In this document: positions 7,222 to 15,552 of the stretch, piece after piece
How the letters are laid out: each line of letters begins with the position of its first letter
How positions within the stretch are numbered: the first letter of the stretch is position 1
Virus record (IMG/VR): IMGVR_UViG_3300034107_000364
Direction: 5' to 3' (one strand)
Length of the DNA: 16,215 nucleotides
From: a virus
Taxonomy: Duplodnaviria > Heunggongvirae > Uroviricota > Caudoviricetes
The notes under the pieces: model-generated
The model's input: the letters and a program-made list of their open reading frames with translations, nothing else
Told to the model about the DNA's origin: nothing
Databases searched by the model: none
Translations under genes and position numbers: made by a program

Positions 7222-8469
7222 ATGGAAGAAACCATATTTATTCAAATTGCAAGTTACAGAGATCCAGAGTTATTGAATACTCTTAAGGATTGTTTACTAA
7301 ACGCTGAATTTCCAGATCGTCTTAGATTTGGTATATGTTGGCAACATTCCGAAGAAGATACATGGGATACATTAGATCAATATAAAAACGATTCGCGATT
7401 TAGAATTTTAGATGTAAATTATAAAGATTCAACTGGAGCATGTTGGGCACGAAATAGCATTCAACAACTTTATCAAGGTGAAACTTATACATTTCAATTA
7501 GATAGTCATCATAGGTTTATTAGAAACTGGGACACTGAATTGATTAATATGCTAAGGGGTTTACAAGCTAAAGGTCATGCTAAACCATTACTTACAAGCT
7601 ATATTTCATCATATAATCCAGAAATCGATCCAAAGGGCAGAACTCAAGCACCATGGTTAATGAATTTTGATAGATTTACTCCAGAAGGTGTAATATTCTT
7701 TTTACCTGCTACAATTCCAGGATGGGAAAATATGACAGAACCAATTCCTTCAAGATTTTATTCAGCACACTTCGCATTTACAGTAGGTCAATTTGCAATA
7801 GAGGTACAACATGATCCAGAATTCTATTTTCATGGTGAAGAGATTACTATTGCAGTTAGAGCATTTACACACGGATATGATTTATTCCATCCACATAAAA
7901 TTATTGCGTGGCATGAATATACTCGTAAAGGTAGAACTAAACAATGGGATGATGATTCAGAATGGGGTAAGAGAAACACAAGAACTCATGAAAAAACTCG
8001 TAAACTATTAGGAATTGATGGAGAGTCATTTGATTCAGAAGAAGATATTTATGGTAAATATGGATTAGGTAGAGTTAGAACTATTGCAGATTGGGAAAGA
8101 TACGCAGGTATTAGACTTAGAGATCGTGCAGTACAACAATGGACCACATCTAATAAACTTGCACCTAATCCTCATGTAGAAGATTATGATAATAGTTTTC
8201 ATCATATATTCAAACACATTATAGATGTGCATAGATCTGTGCTTACTGAAACAGACTACACTTTTTGTGCAGTGATTATGGAATCAGAAGATGGTACTTC
8301 AGTTTATAGAAAGGATTTAAACGACCATGAGATTTCTCAGAAATTACAACAACCTGGTGATTGGATACACATTCATGTAGACTTGCAAGGACCAAAACCA
8401 TATAAGTGGATTGTTTGGCCACATAGCGCATCAAAAGGTTGGTGTACAAAAATAGAAAGAGTTTTATGA
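7222..8469 (+). CDS. GT60 / GlcNAc-transferase-like glycosyltransferase (Pfam GlcNAc-type) with C-terminal extension
   Basis: TIFIQIASYRD N-terminal strand, GACWAR, QLDSHHRF (DSH metal-binding motif), AHFAF and FYFHGEEI...RAFTHGYDLFHP...WHEY are characteristic of the Skp1/polypeptide alpha-GlcNAc-transferase family. Confidence 0.8.
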   Translation: MEETIFIQIASYRDPELLNTLKDCLLNAEFPDRLRFGICWQHSEEDTWDTLDQYKNDSRFRILDVNYKDSTGACWARNSIQQLYQGETYTFQLDSHHRFIRNWDTELINMLRGLQAKGHAKPLLTSYISSYNPEIDPKGRTQAPWLMNFDRFTPEGVIFFLPATIPGWENMTEPIPSRFYSAHFAFTVGQFAIEVQHDPEFYFHGEEITIAVRAFTHGYDLFHPHKIIAWHEYTRKGRTKQWDDDSEWGKRNTRTHEKTRKLLGIDGESFDSEEDIYGKYGLGRVRTIADWERYAGIRLRDRAVQQWTTSNKLAPNPHVEDYDNSFHHIFKHIIDVHRSVLTETDYTFCAVIMESEDGTSVYRKDLNDHEISQKLQQPGDWIHIHVDLQGPKPYKWIVWPHSASKGWCTKIERVL

Positions 8470-9071
8470 CAATAGAAGCAGTTGTTGCTAAATACAATGA
8501 AGATGTATCTTGGACAAAAAAACTTAAGTATAAAGTAACTATTTACAATAAAAATGCAGCAGATAATCATTTATTTGAAAGAAATCTGTTAAATTATGGT
8601 AAAGATGCGCATACACACCTACATCATATTGTAACAAATTGGTACAATTTAGCTGATTACACAATATTCTTACAAGGAAATCCATTCGAACATGATTGTG
8701 AAACTTGTGTAGAATTTATCAATGATTGTGATTTTACAAAACCATTTTATCCAATTGGACCAACTTATATCAGAGATAATGATGGTTGTATTAAGCAAGC
8801 TATTGATTACTGTGAAAAAATGGAAATTGAATATAAATTGCCATTTATGTTTATAGGTGGTATGCAATGTATTGTAAAGAAAGATCAAATTAAGAAAAGA
8901 TCATTAGATTTTTACGTAAAACTAATGGAAAGTATAGCAAAAAATATATCAACTTCTTCATTTTCTGGAGGAGCACATGGAAACGATCCACAAATATGGG
9001 CACTAGAGTATAGTTGGCCTACAATATTTGGTGTAAATGAAATGTTGACACATAAATTACATAATTGTTAA
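8466..9071 (+). CDS. DUF3431-like protein (probable glycosyltransferase-related), 201 aa
   Basis: VVAKYNEDVSW and NYGKDAHTHLHHIVTNWYNLADYTIFLQGNPFEH motifs. Start moved from 8439 to ATG 8466, which forms an ATGA overlap with the upstream TGA. Confidence 0.7.
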   Translation: MTIEAVVAKYNEDVSWTKKLKYKVTIYNKNAADNHLFERNLLNYGKDAHTHLHHIVTNWYNLADYTIFLQGNPFEHDCETCVEFINDCDFTKPFYPIGPTYIRDNDGCIKQAIDYCEKMEIEYKLPFMFIGGMQCIVKKDQIKKRSLDFYVKLMESIAKNISTSSFSGGAHGNDPQIWALEYSWPTIFGVNEMLTHKLHNC

Positions 9072-9072
9072 A

Positions 9073-9894
9073 ATGAAAAAAGTATTAACAGGAGTTAGCA
9101 ACAATGTAACCAATAATATCGATAAAATTAGGGTTTGGGCTAATAGTTTTAAAAAACATGTAAAAGACGGTGAAGTAGTACTTATTGGAGCTGATATGAA
9201 TGCTCAAGATAGAAATGTTTTAAATCTAAATGGAATTAAATTCCATGCTATTGAATCAGATCCAGGATTAACAATTAATGATAGTAGATTAATTCATACT
9301 GCAAATTGGATAGAGAATAGTCCTTATGATTTATTTATGGTAACCGATGTATTTGACGTTTGCTTTCAAGCAGATCCATTTGAAATGTTAGAACTAGACA
9401 AATATGATTTCTTTGCTGGATCAGAAGGTGTATTACATAATGAAGAGCCTTGGAATATGGATGTTATGAATAAAGCATTTCCAGAATATGTAGATTTTAT
9501 TAGACAATATGAGGTGGTTTGTAGTGGAGTAATGTGTGGTAAAAAAGATTCATTAGTAAAAACATTAAGAATGCAACAACACTTAGTAGATGGTTCATTA
9601 AAAGGCCATGATATAAGGGATCAAGCTGCATTTAATATTTTAATTTATAAGAACTTAATTGATAATTGTAAAATCTTTAAACCTAATGAAGGTTGGGTAG
9701 TTCACTGTTCATTATCAGGTCCTACGTTTCAACATATAGAATGGGGTTTAGGAAAAGCTATTGATAAAAAATATGGTTTACCTAAATTACAAGAAAATGT
9801 TTTGATTGACTCAAACAACATAGTGTACAAAATTGCACATCAATATAATAGAATTCCTGAATGGAATGAAAAAATAATTGAACAATATGTCTAA
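9073..9894 (+). CDS. Putative GT-A fold glycosyltransferase
   Basis: FMVTDVFDVCFQADPF (TDxxDV metal/nucleotide-sugar motif), VCSGVMCG, DQAAFN and HQYNR motifs typical of GT-A enzymes; lies inside a glycosylation cluster. Confidence 0.65.
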   Translation: MKKVLTGVSNNVTNNIDKIRVWANSFKKHVKDGEVVLIGADMNAQDRNVLNLNGIKFHAIESDPGLTINDSRLIHTANWIENSPYDLFMVTDVFDVCFQADPFEMLELDKYDFFAGSEGVLHNEEPWNMDVMNKAFPEYVDFIRQYEVVCSGVMCGKKDSLVKTLRMQQHLVDGSLKGHDIRDQAAFNILIYKNLIDNCKIFKPNEGWVVHCSLSGPTFQHIEWGLGKAIDKKYGLPKLQENVLIDSNNIVYKIAHQYNRIPEWNEKIIEQYV

Positions 9895-10612
9895 AACAAT
9901 AGTATGTACATGTGCTAATACATTTAAATCATATGAATCGTATTGGAAAACTGTAGATTTTGACTTTGAATTTTTATCTGATAGAGCACCTATTGGAATA
10001 GAATATGATGAACAAAAAGTAAGAGATCTTTTTAATTTTAGAAGTGATGTTAGTAAATTACATTGGTGGAATCAACAAGGTAATAGAAATATTATTTGGT
10101 TCTATGCACATCTTAGAATGGCATATTATTATATGCTTAATCCCAATGAAGATTGGTATTGGTTTATGGATGATGACTTAGTATGTGATAATTGGTCAGA
10201 ATTCTTTAAAGCATTTGAAAATAACAATACTGATTTTATTTCTTATTACATATTTAAGAACAAAGGAGTGACTAGTCAACCTAACATTCCCGAAATTGAT
10301 GCTAACACATACAGTAATACATTATGGTTTGATAGATTTCCAGGTGATGGTGACCAAATCAATAAAAATGGTGAATTATTTGGATCATTCTTTCCAATTG
10401 TTAGATTCTCAAATAAAAGTCTACGTCACATAACAGATTTATTACTAAATGGTGTACATGGATATTCTGAAGGATTTGTGCCAACTATATTAAATAAAGA
10501 CGGATTTACACTTGACACTATTTTTAATAATCAAAGTAGATCAAATCATTTTGATGTAGATAAGATACATATTAAACATAAGGGCATTAGAGTAGAGTGG
10601 TCTTGGATATAA
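9887..10612 (+). CDS. Putative GT-A fold glycosyltransferase, 241 aa
   Basis: YWFMDDDL (DxD after a hydrophobic strand), FFPIVRFS and HGYSEGFVPT. The track start at 9878 is TTG; ATG 9887 overlaps the upstream stop by 8 nt and is the more likely start. Confidence 0.6.
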   Translation: MSKTIVCTCANTFKSYESYWKTVDFDFEFLSDRAPIGIEYDEQKVRDLFNFRSDVSKLHWWNQQGNRNIIWFYAHLRMAYYYMLNPNEDWYWFMDDDLVCDNWSEFFKAFENNNTDFISYYIFKNKGVTSQPNIPEIDANTYSNTLWFDRFPGDGDQINKNGELFGSFFPIVRFSNKSLRHITDLLLNGVHGYSEGFVPTILNKDGFTLDTIFNNQSRSNHFDVDKIHIKHKGIRVEWSWI

Positions 10613-10625
10613 ATAAAATTTAGCA

Positions 10626-11402
10626 ATGAAACCATTAGTTATTACGGCACTTTATGATATTGGTAGATCTGAATGGAAAGATTTCGCACAATCATATCAC
10701 ACATATTTACATTGGATGCAAAGAGCACTTAGTCTTAGGGCTAATATGGTGGTTTTTACAGAATCTAAGTTCGAAGAAAGAATTAGACAGATGAGATCTG
10801 AAGTAGATCCAACTGGAGAAATGACCACATACGTAATAAACTCAATAGAAGATTTAGAAGCATACAAGACTTGGTTCACTAAAATAGATCAAGTTATGCA
10901 TGATGATGAATTTTTAAAGAAAAGACATTGGGATCATGTACCTGAAATGAATTATCCTTTATATAATATAGTAATGTTCAATAAGATCTTCTTTTTAAAT
11001 GAAGCACTTAAATTACATAAAGACGCAACTCATTTAATATGGGTAGATGCAGGTGGTATTAGAGAAGATATGGATTATCCAGAAACTTGGCCTAATATAG
11101 AAAAACTATCAATGGATACTATAATGCATTTTACACACAATTTAGATTTTGCAATACCAGATCCAGAATGGCACACTCTTTCACAACAAAGACATATACA
11201 AGGTGGAGCATTCGTTTGTCCAGCATGGAAAATAGATTGGTACATGAATGAGATAAATAAGACAATAGGTTTTTGCTTAGATAGGAATTTTATTGGAAGC
11301 GATGAAAAGATTTTTGATCTAACATATTTAAGAGATCCTAAACAATTTACATTAGTCAAGCATGGATGGAGAGAATATTACAGTTGGCTAGGAACTAAAT
11401 AA
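10626..11402 (+). CDS. HtrL/YibB-like protein (putative glycosyltransferase)
   Basis: LVITALYDIGRSEW...TYL...NMVVFT, YNIVMFNKIFF, WVDAG, IQGGAF and SDEKIF match the HtrL_YibB pattern as I recall it. Confidence 0.7.
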   Translation: MKPLVITALYDIGRSEWKDFAQSYHTYLHWMQRALSLRANMVVFTESKFEERIRQMRSEVDPTGEMTTYVINSIEDLEAYKTWFTKIDQVMHDDEFLKKRHWDHVPEMNYPLYNIVMFNKIFFLNEALKLHKDATHLIWVDAGGIREDMDYPETWPNIEKLSMDTIMHFTHNLDFAIPDPEWHTLSQQRHIQGGAFVCPAWKIDWYMNEINKTIGFCLDRNFIGSDEKIFDLTYLRDPKQFTLVKHGWREYYSWLGTK

Positions 11403-11409
11403 TTAAAAT

Positions 11410-12291
11410 ATGTATACATTAGTAACAGGAGGAGCAGGATTCATCGGAACACATCTTATTAAGTCATTGCTTACTGAGAAACCGCATACAAAAATAGTTT
11501 CACTAGATGATTATTCTACTGGCCTAAAATCTAATCATATTCAAGGTGTACAGTATATAGAAGGTAGAACTCAAGATGCTCTTCGATTACTAGAAAGATT
11601 TGAGATTGATAAAATCTACCACTTTGGAGAATATTCTCGTATACATCAATCATATCAAGAAATAGAAAAGGTGCAATCTTCATGTGTTGAAGGAACTAGT
11701 CAAATTATAAGATTAGCTATAAATCAAAATGCAATCCTAATTTATTCAGCATCTTCATCACATTTTGGACAAAAAGATCAAGATCTTTCACCATATAGTT
11801 GGTACAAAAAACAAAATGTAGATCTTATTAAAAAGCACCAAAAATGGAGCAATCTTAAATCACACATATTTTATTTCTTTAATGCATATGGACCTGGACA
11901 AATTACAGAAGGTGCATACGCAACTGTCTTAGGTATATGGGAAAATCAAATCAAGAATCAACAAGCAATAACTATCGTTGAACCTGGAACTCAAATAAGA
12001 ATCTTTACAAGAGTAGAATCAATTGCATTAGCATGTACTCGTCATGATCTTTTACCTATTAATGGTGAATGGGCGCTGCACTCTGAAGACAAAGTAACTC
12101 TACTACAAATAGTAAAAAAGCTTAAAAAGAAAACCAAATGGTTAGAAGCCAGAGATGGTGATAGATTAAAAGTACCTAAACTAACCATACCTAAACCACC
12201 ATATTGGGAACACCCTTATAGATTAGAAGATTGGATAGGTGATCTTAGAAGATGGACTCGTCCTGAAACAATAGAAGATTATGATATATAA
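11410..12291 (+). CDS. NAD-dependent nucleotide-sugar epimerase/dehydratase (extended SDR)
   Basis: LVTGGAGFIG Rossmann motif, LDDYSTG, catalytic Ser in YSASSS, YxxxK in PYSWYK, FFNAYGPGQ. Substrate not assignable. Confidence 0.9.
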   Translation: MYTLVTGGAGFIGTHLIKSLLTEKPHTKIVSLDDYSTGLKSNHIQGVQYIEGRTQDALRLLERFEIDKIYHFGEYSRIHQSYQEIEKVQSSCVEGTSQIIRLAINQNAILIYSASSSHFGQKDQDLSPYSWYKKQNVDLIKKHQKWSNLKSHIFYFFNAYGPGQITEGAYATVLGIWENQIKNQQAITIVEPGTQIRIFTRVESIALACTRHDLLPINGEWALHSEDKVTLLQIVKKLKKKTKWLEARDGDRLKVPKLTIPKPPYWEHPYRLEDWIGDLRRWTRPETIEDYDI

Positions 12292-12292
12292 T
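12283..12292 (+). promoter_or_regulatory. Candidate phage promoter motif GATATATAAT (second copy)
   Basis: Identical to 7187-7196. Overlaps the epimerase stop and lies 20 nt upstream of the first leader-bearing gene. Confidence 0.45.
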
Positions 12293-12312
12293 AAAATAAT
12301 ACAGACAATCAA

Positions 12313-12597
12313 ATGAAATATGCAAAACTATACGAAGATTTTATTAACGAGTCTAATGAAGATAAATTAATAAAATCATTTACTGATCAAACTGAAGTTA
12401 AGACATGGGATAAGGTTAAAGTTGAAGGTGAAAAAGGTATTTGGACTGTAGTTAGATTGTGGTCTTCAACTGAATCAGGTGGTATGAACAAAGGTTTATC
12501 TATAGAATTAACACAAGGAAATTCGAGAGAACATTTTACGGTGATGGATGATAACGGAGAATTAACACCAAATGGTAAAAACATAAAAAAGAAATAA
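12313..12597 (+). CDS. Hypothetical protein with capsid-targeting-like leader (MKYAKLYEDFINE), 94 aa
   Basis: Shared leader. The body has a short beta-rich segment (KVKVEGEKGIWTVVRL), possibly SH3/KOW-like. TAATG overlap with the next gene. Confidence 0.8.
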   Translation: MKYAKLYEDFINESNEDKLIKSFTDQTEVKTWDKVKVEGEKGIWTVVRLWSSTESGGMNKGLSIELTQGNSREHFTVMDDNGELTPNGKNIKKK

Positions 12598-13190
12598 TGA
12601 AGTACATAAAACTATACGAAGAATTTATTAATGAAGCTAAGATGGATATTTTCCCAGGATATAATAATGGGTTAGATGTTGATGAGTATCAAAAACAATT
12701 TAAGAAAGAGCTTTCTAAAGTAAAAGGCGTTGAATTTAACATGTCATCGACTTCAATGATATATCTTAGAACCGAGCCAAATATGGCAGATGTGGATCTA
12801 ACTAAAGATATTCAGAAAGCATTAAAAGGTTTTGATGATAATTTAGATTTAGATAAAATCACTAGTAATATTGGAAAACCTGGACAAATTAGTCCAAATG
12901 ACCAACAAAAAGGAATTGTTTCATACACTATTCCTAAGAAAGTTGATTGGTGGACACTTAAAAGAGCAGCGGGTCCAGAAAAACCTAGCACTGAAACTGT
13001 TTTAAATCCTGAAATAATTGATTCTATTCTAGACAGAATGGCTCAAGTTTCAACAACACAAGACCAATTAGCAAATACAATGTGGACTTCTTTAGAAGAT
13101 TTGCTTAGAGCAGCTGAAGATCACATGTCTGGTACAAACTACAAGAAATTCTATAAAGAAATTAAGAAAAAATACCCAAAAATGACATAA
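12597..13190 (+). CDS. Hypothetical protein with capsid-targeting-like leader (MKYIKLYEEFINE), 197 aa
   Basis: Shared leader; TAATG coupling on both sides; no recognisable domain. Confidence 0.85.
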   Translation: MKYIKLYEEFINEAKMDIFPGYNNGLDVDEYQKQFKKELSKVKGVEFNMSSTSMIYLRTEPNMADVDLTKDIQKALKGFDDNLDLDKITSNIGKPGQISPNDQQKGIVSYTIPKKVDWWTLKRAAGPEKPSTETVLNPEIIDSILDRMAQVSTTQDQLANTMWTSLEDLLRAAEDHMSGTNYKKFYKEIKKKYPKMT

Positions 13191-13507
13191 TGAAGTACGC
13201 AAAATTATATGAAGAATTCGTAAAAGAAGGAAAATCTCAAGAATGGATAGTATTCCTTCCTATTAAAAAAGAAAACATCATTGATATAGAAAGTGATCAA
13301 TTTGGAGTTTATACAGAACAAGAATATGATCAATATGCACCATTTGATGTATATAGTGGACCAGATTATACAACTTCACTTCCATTTCCAGACATGAAAA
13401 CAGCTAAAGAGTTCGCAGAACTTGTTAAAAAAGCAAAAGGCGATATGAAGTCTTCGGCATATGCTAAAGTAACTGAATTTGAAAGCAAGAATAAAATATC
13501 TAAATAG
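13190..13507 (+). CDS. Hypothetical protein with capsid-targeting-like leader (MKYAKLYEEFVKE), 105 aa
   Basis: Shared leader; ends in the only TAG stop among the credible genes. Confidence 0.8.
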   Translation: MKYAKLYEEFVKEGKSQEWIVFLPIKKENIIDIESDQFGVYTEQEYDQYAPFDVYSGPDYTTSLPFPDMKTAKEFAELVKKAKGDMKSSAYAKVTEFESKNKISK

Positions 13508-13510
13508 AAC

Positions 13511-14059
13511 ATGAAACACATTAAATTATTCGAACAATTCGTAAATGAAAAAGCATATCAAATGACAGGTATGTATGGTGCTAAAGGTATCGCTGGAAAA
13601 GTGTTATTTGCATTTAAAAAAGAGGTTGAAAAAATAAAATTTGAAGGAGACGTTCAAGATACTCTTAAAGAAATTAATCAAGTTTGGTCAAAATGGGCTG
13701 ATAAAGAAGGAGCTGAGATTATTGCTGACGAAGTTATGAAACAAGTCAAAGATAAAGAAGCTATTGTTTATATTATGGCTGCATTAAGCAAACAAGAATG
13801 GGTAGATGATCAAATTAATGGTCTTAATAGACCAGATGGTACAGAGTTATTCGTTAGAATTCCTAGTGATTTTGTAATTAACGTTGGATTTGCAGATGAT
13901 GTAGATGCTGGTAAATATGTAAGAAAACTAAGTGGAATGCAAAACGACGCATTAGTATCTGGAATTGAAACTATCATAGCAGGAGAATATATGTCGAGTG
14001 TTGGTCAAAACAACATAGAGATTAGACAAAGCCTATTCTTATCAATAGACGCAAAATAA
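13511..14059 (+). CDS. Hypothetical protein with capsid-targeting-like leader (MKHIKLFEQFVNE), 182 aa
   Basis: Shared leader; no recognisable domain. Confidence 0.85.
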   Translation: MKHIKLFEQFVNEKAYQMTGMYGAKGIAGKVLFAFKKEVEKIKFEGDVQDTLKEINQVWSKWADKEGAEIIADEVMKQVKDKEAIVYIMAALSKQEWVDDQINGLNRPDGTELFVRIPSDFVINVGFADDVDAGKYVRKLSGMQNDALVSGIETIIAGEYMSSVGQNNIEIRQSLFLSIDAK

Positions 14060-14069
14060 TAAAACAGAT

Positions 14070-14813
14070 ATGAAGAAGATTAAATTATTTGAACAATTCA
14101 TTAATGAAGGTGAAGTAAATCCTGAAGAAGTTGCATTAGTACAAGATTTCGAAAAAGCTTTATTATCAAACCTTTCAGATGTAGGTTACCAAAGAGGTGG
14201 TAAAGATTCTAAAACATATGACTACAGTAATGGATATGTGCAAATAACTAATTCATATGAGGCTCCTGATTGGTCATGGATTGACAAAAAACGAGCAAAG
14301 ATATTACAAGACTGTAATATAAGTCCAATGTATATTAAAGCTTCTTATACGTATTTTGAAGTTATTAGTAAAGCACAACCAAAACCAGGTAGAGCTAGTA
14401 TAGGTGTATCTGGACAAGATTACATAAATTATTACACAGCAATTGATGTATCAAATCCAAAGAAAGTTAATTTCGCTAAAGATATTAAAAATTGGATTAA
14501 ATCTACACAAAAAGAAGCTCTAACCAGCGATATGATCCAACGTATACTTGCATTTTGGAAAGCAGATAAAGCAGAGTATAAACAAATTGGATCAAGAGAT
14601 CAAGGTTACGGAAGTCAAGCATCAGTACACATCACAAAATCTTACGATAAAGCATACAAAATAAAAGATCTTAATATTGCATTAGGTTTATCAGAAGAAG
14701 AAACTGAATCTATTATTAAATTACATTACATGTTCAAAAAGGATCGTTTAGATTTTGATTGGCAACAAGGAGTAATGTTAGTAGGTGGTACATACACTGA
14801 AGTTTGGGACTAA
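14070..14813 (+). CDS. Hypothetical protein with capsid-targeting-like leader (MKKIKLFEQFINE), 247 aa
   Basis: Shared leader; TAAAA upstream; no recognisable domain. Confidence 0.85.
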   Translation: MKKIKLFEQFINEGEVNPEEVALVQDFEKALLSNLSDVGYQRGGKDSKTYDYSNGYVQITNSYEAPDWSWIDKKRAKILQDCNISPMYIKASYTYFEVISKAQPKPGRASIGVSGQDYINYYTAIDVSNPKKVNFAKDIKNWIKSTQKEALTSDMIQRILAFWKADKAEYKQIGSRDQGYGSQASVHITKSYDKAYKIKDLNIALGLSEEETESIIKLHYMFKKDRLDFDWQQGVMLVGGTYTEVWD

Positions 14814-14848
14814 TTAAATAAAAACAAAAATAAAAACAAAATACAAAC

Positions 14849-15535
14849 ATGAAACATATTAAACTATTTGAACAATTTATTGGTGAGGCTAGTAATGACA
14901 AAAAAATCAAAGATCTTCAAAATGATCTAACTGAACTTGATGATAGAATGGAAGAAATTCAGTCTGCTGTAGAAAAAGGAGACATGGATGAAGATGAAGC
15001 TGAGCTTCAATTATCAGACTTGGATGCACAGAAAGTTGAAATGGAAGGTGAATTAGCAGAACTACAAGGTGGAGCTGATGCCAAAGAGGAATATGGTCAA
15101 CTTGCTAAATTTATAAACAAATATAACACGCTCATAAATAGTAGACAATCTTTTAGATGGTCTTATATGAAAAACAATTGTCCAGCTGAAGAAGAAAGAA
15201 TGATGGACGGTCTTGCTAAAAGAGACAAAGCTATCGAAGATGAAAATGAAGTTAATGCAAAAAAACTTGAAGATAAAATGCAAAAAATAAGCAAAGATTT
15301 TTCTGCAGAAACTAAAGCTTGGCTTTCATATTACATTACTGAGTACAAAAATGCTGGGGCAGCATTTAGTGAAGCAGCACATTCTTTAACAGGAGCACAA
15401 TATTCTTGTAGTGATTATAAGATTGGTTGTGATAATGTTAAAGAAAAAAAAGAGGTCTATAAAAAAACAGAAAAAGGACAAAAAGAAGCTGAAGCAAAAC
15501 TTAAAGAATTGCAGAATGCAATGTTAGATAAATAA
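14849..15535 (+). CDS. Hypothetical helical/coiled-coil protein with capsid-targeting-like leader (MKHIKLFEQFIGE), 228 aa
   Basis: Shared leader; acidic heptad-like segment (IKDLQNDLTELDDRMEEIQ...LAELQ) and a Lys/Glu-rich C-terminus. Confidence 0.85.
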   Translation: MKHIKLFEQFIGEASNDKKIKDLQNDLTELDDRMEEIQSAVEKGDMDEDEAELQLSDLDAQKVEMEGELAELQGGADAKEEYGQLAKFINKYNTLINSRQSFRWSYMKNNCPAEEERMMDGLAKRDKAIEDENEVNAKKLEDKMQKISKDFSAETKAWLSYYITEYKNAGAAFSEAAHSLTGAQYSCSDYKIGCDNVKEKKEVYKKTEKGQKEAEAKLKELQNAMLDK

Positions 15536-15552
15536 AATAAAATAAAAATAAA
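15529..15552 (+). promoter_or_regulatory. A-rich TAAAA tandem translation-initiation region (representative of most intergenic gaps)
   Basis: TAAA TAAAA TAAAA TAAAAA TAAA directly before ATG 15553. Similar tracts precede 500, 4398 and 14849. No AGGAG-type site was seen before these starts. Confidence 0.5.

Noticed and set aside
159-9889. ORF-track starts at 159, 8439 and 9878
   Set aside because: The 159 frame is open to the window edge, 8466 gives an ATGA overlap, and 9878 is TTG whereas ATG 9887 couples to the upstream stop.
5734-15283. Short nested or antisense ORFs (5734-5949, 7811-8011, 8276-8497, 8373-8570, 8670-8888, 10697-10879, 11075-11359, 12387-12584, 15062-15283)
   Set aside because: They are 60-95 aa, overlap well-supported + strand genes and have no motifs; expected by chance.
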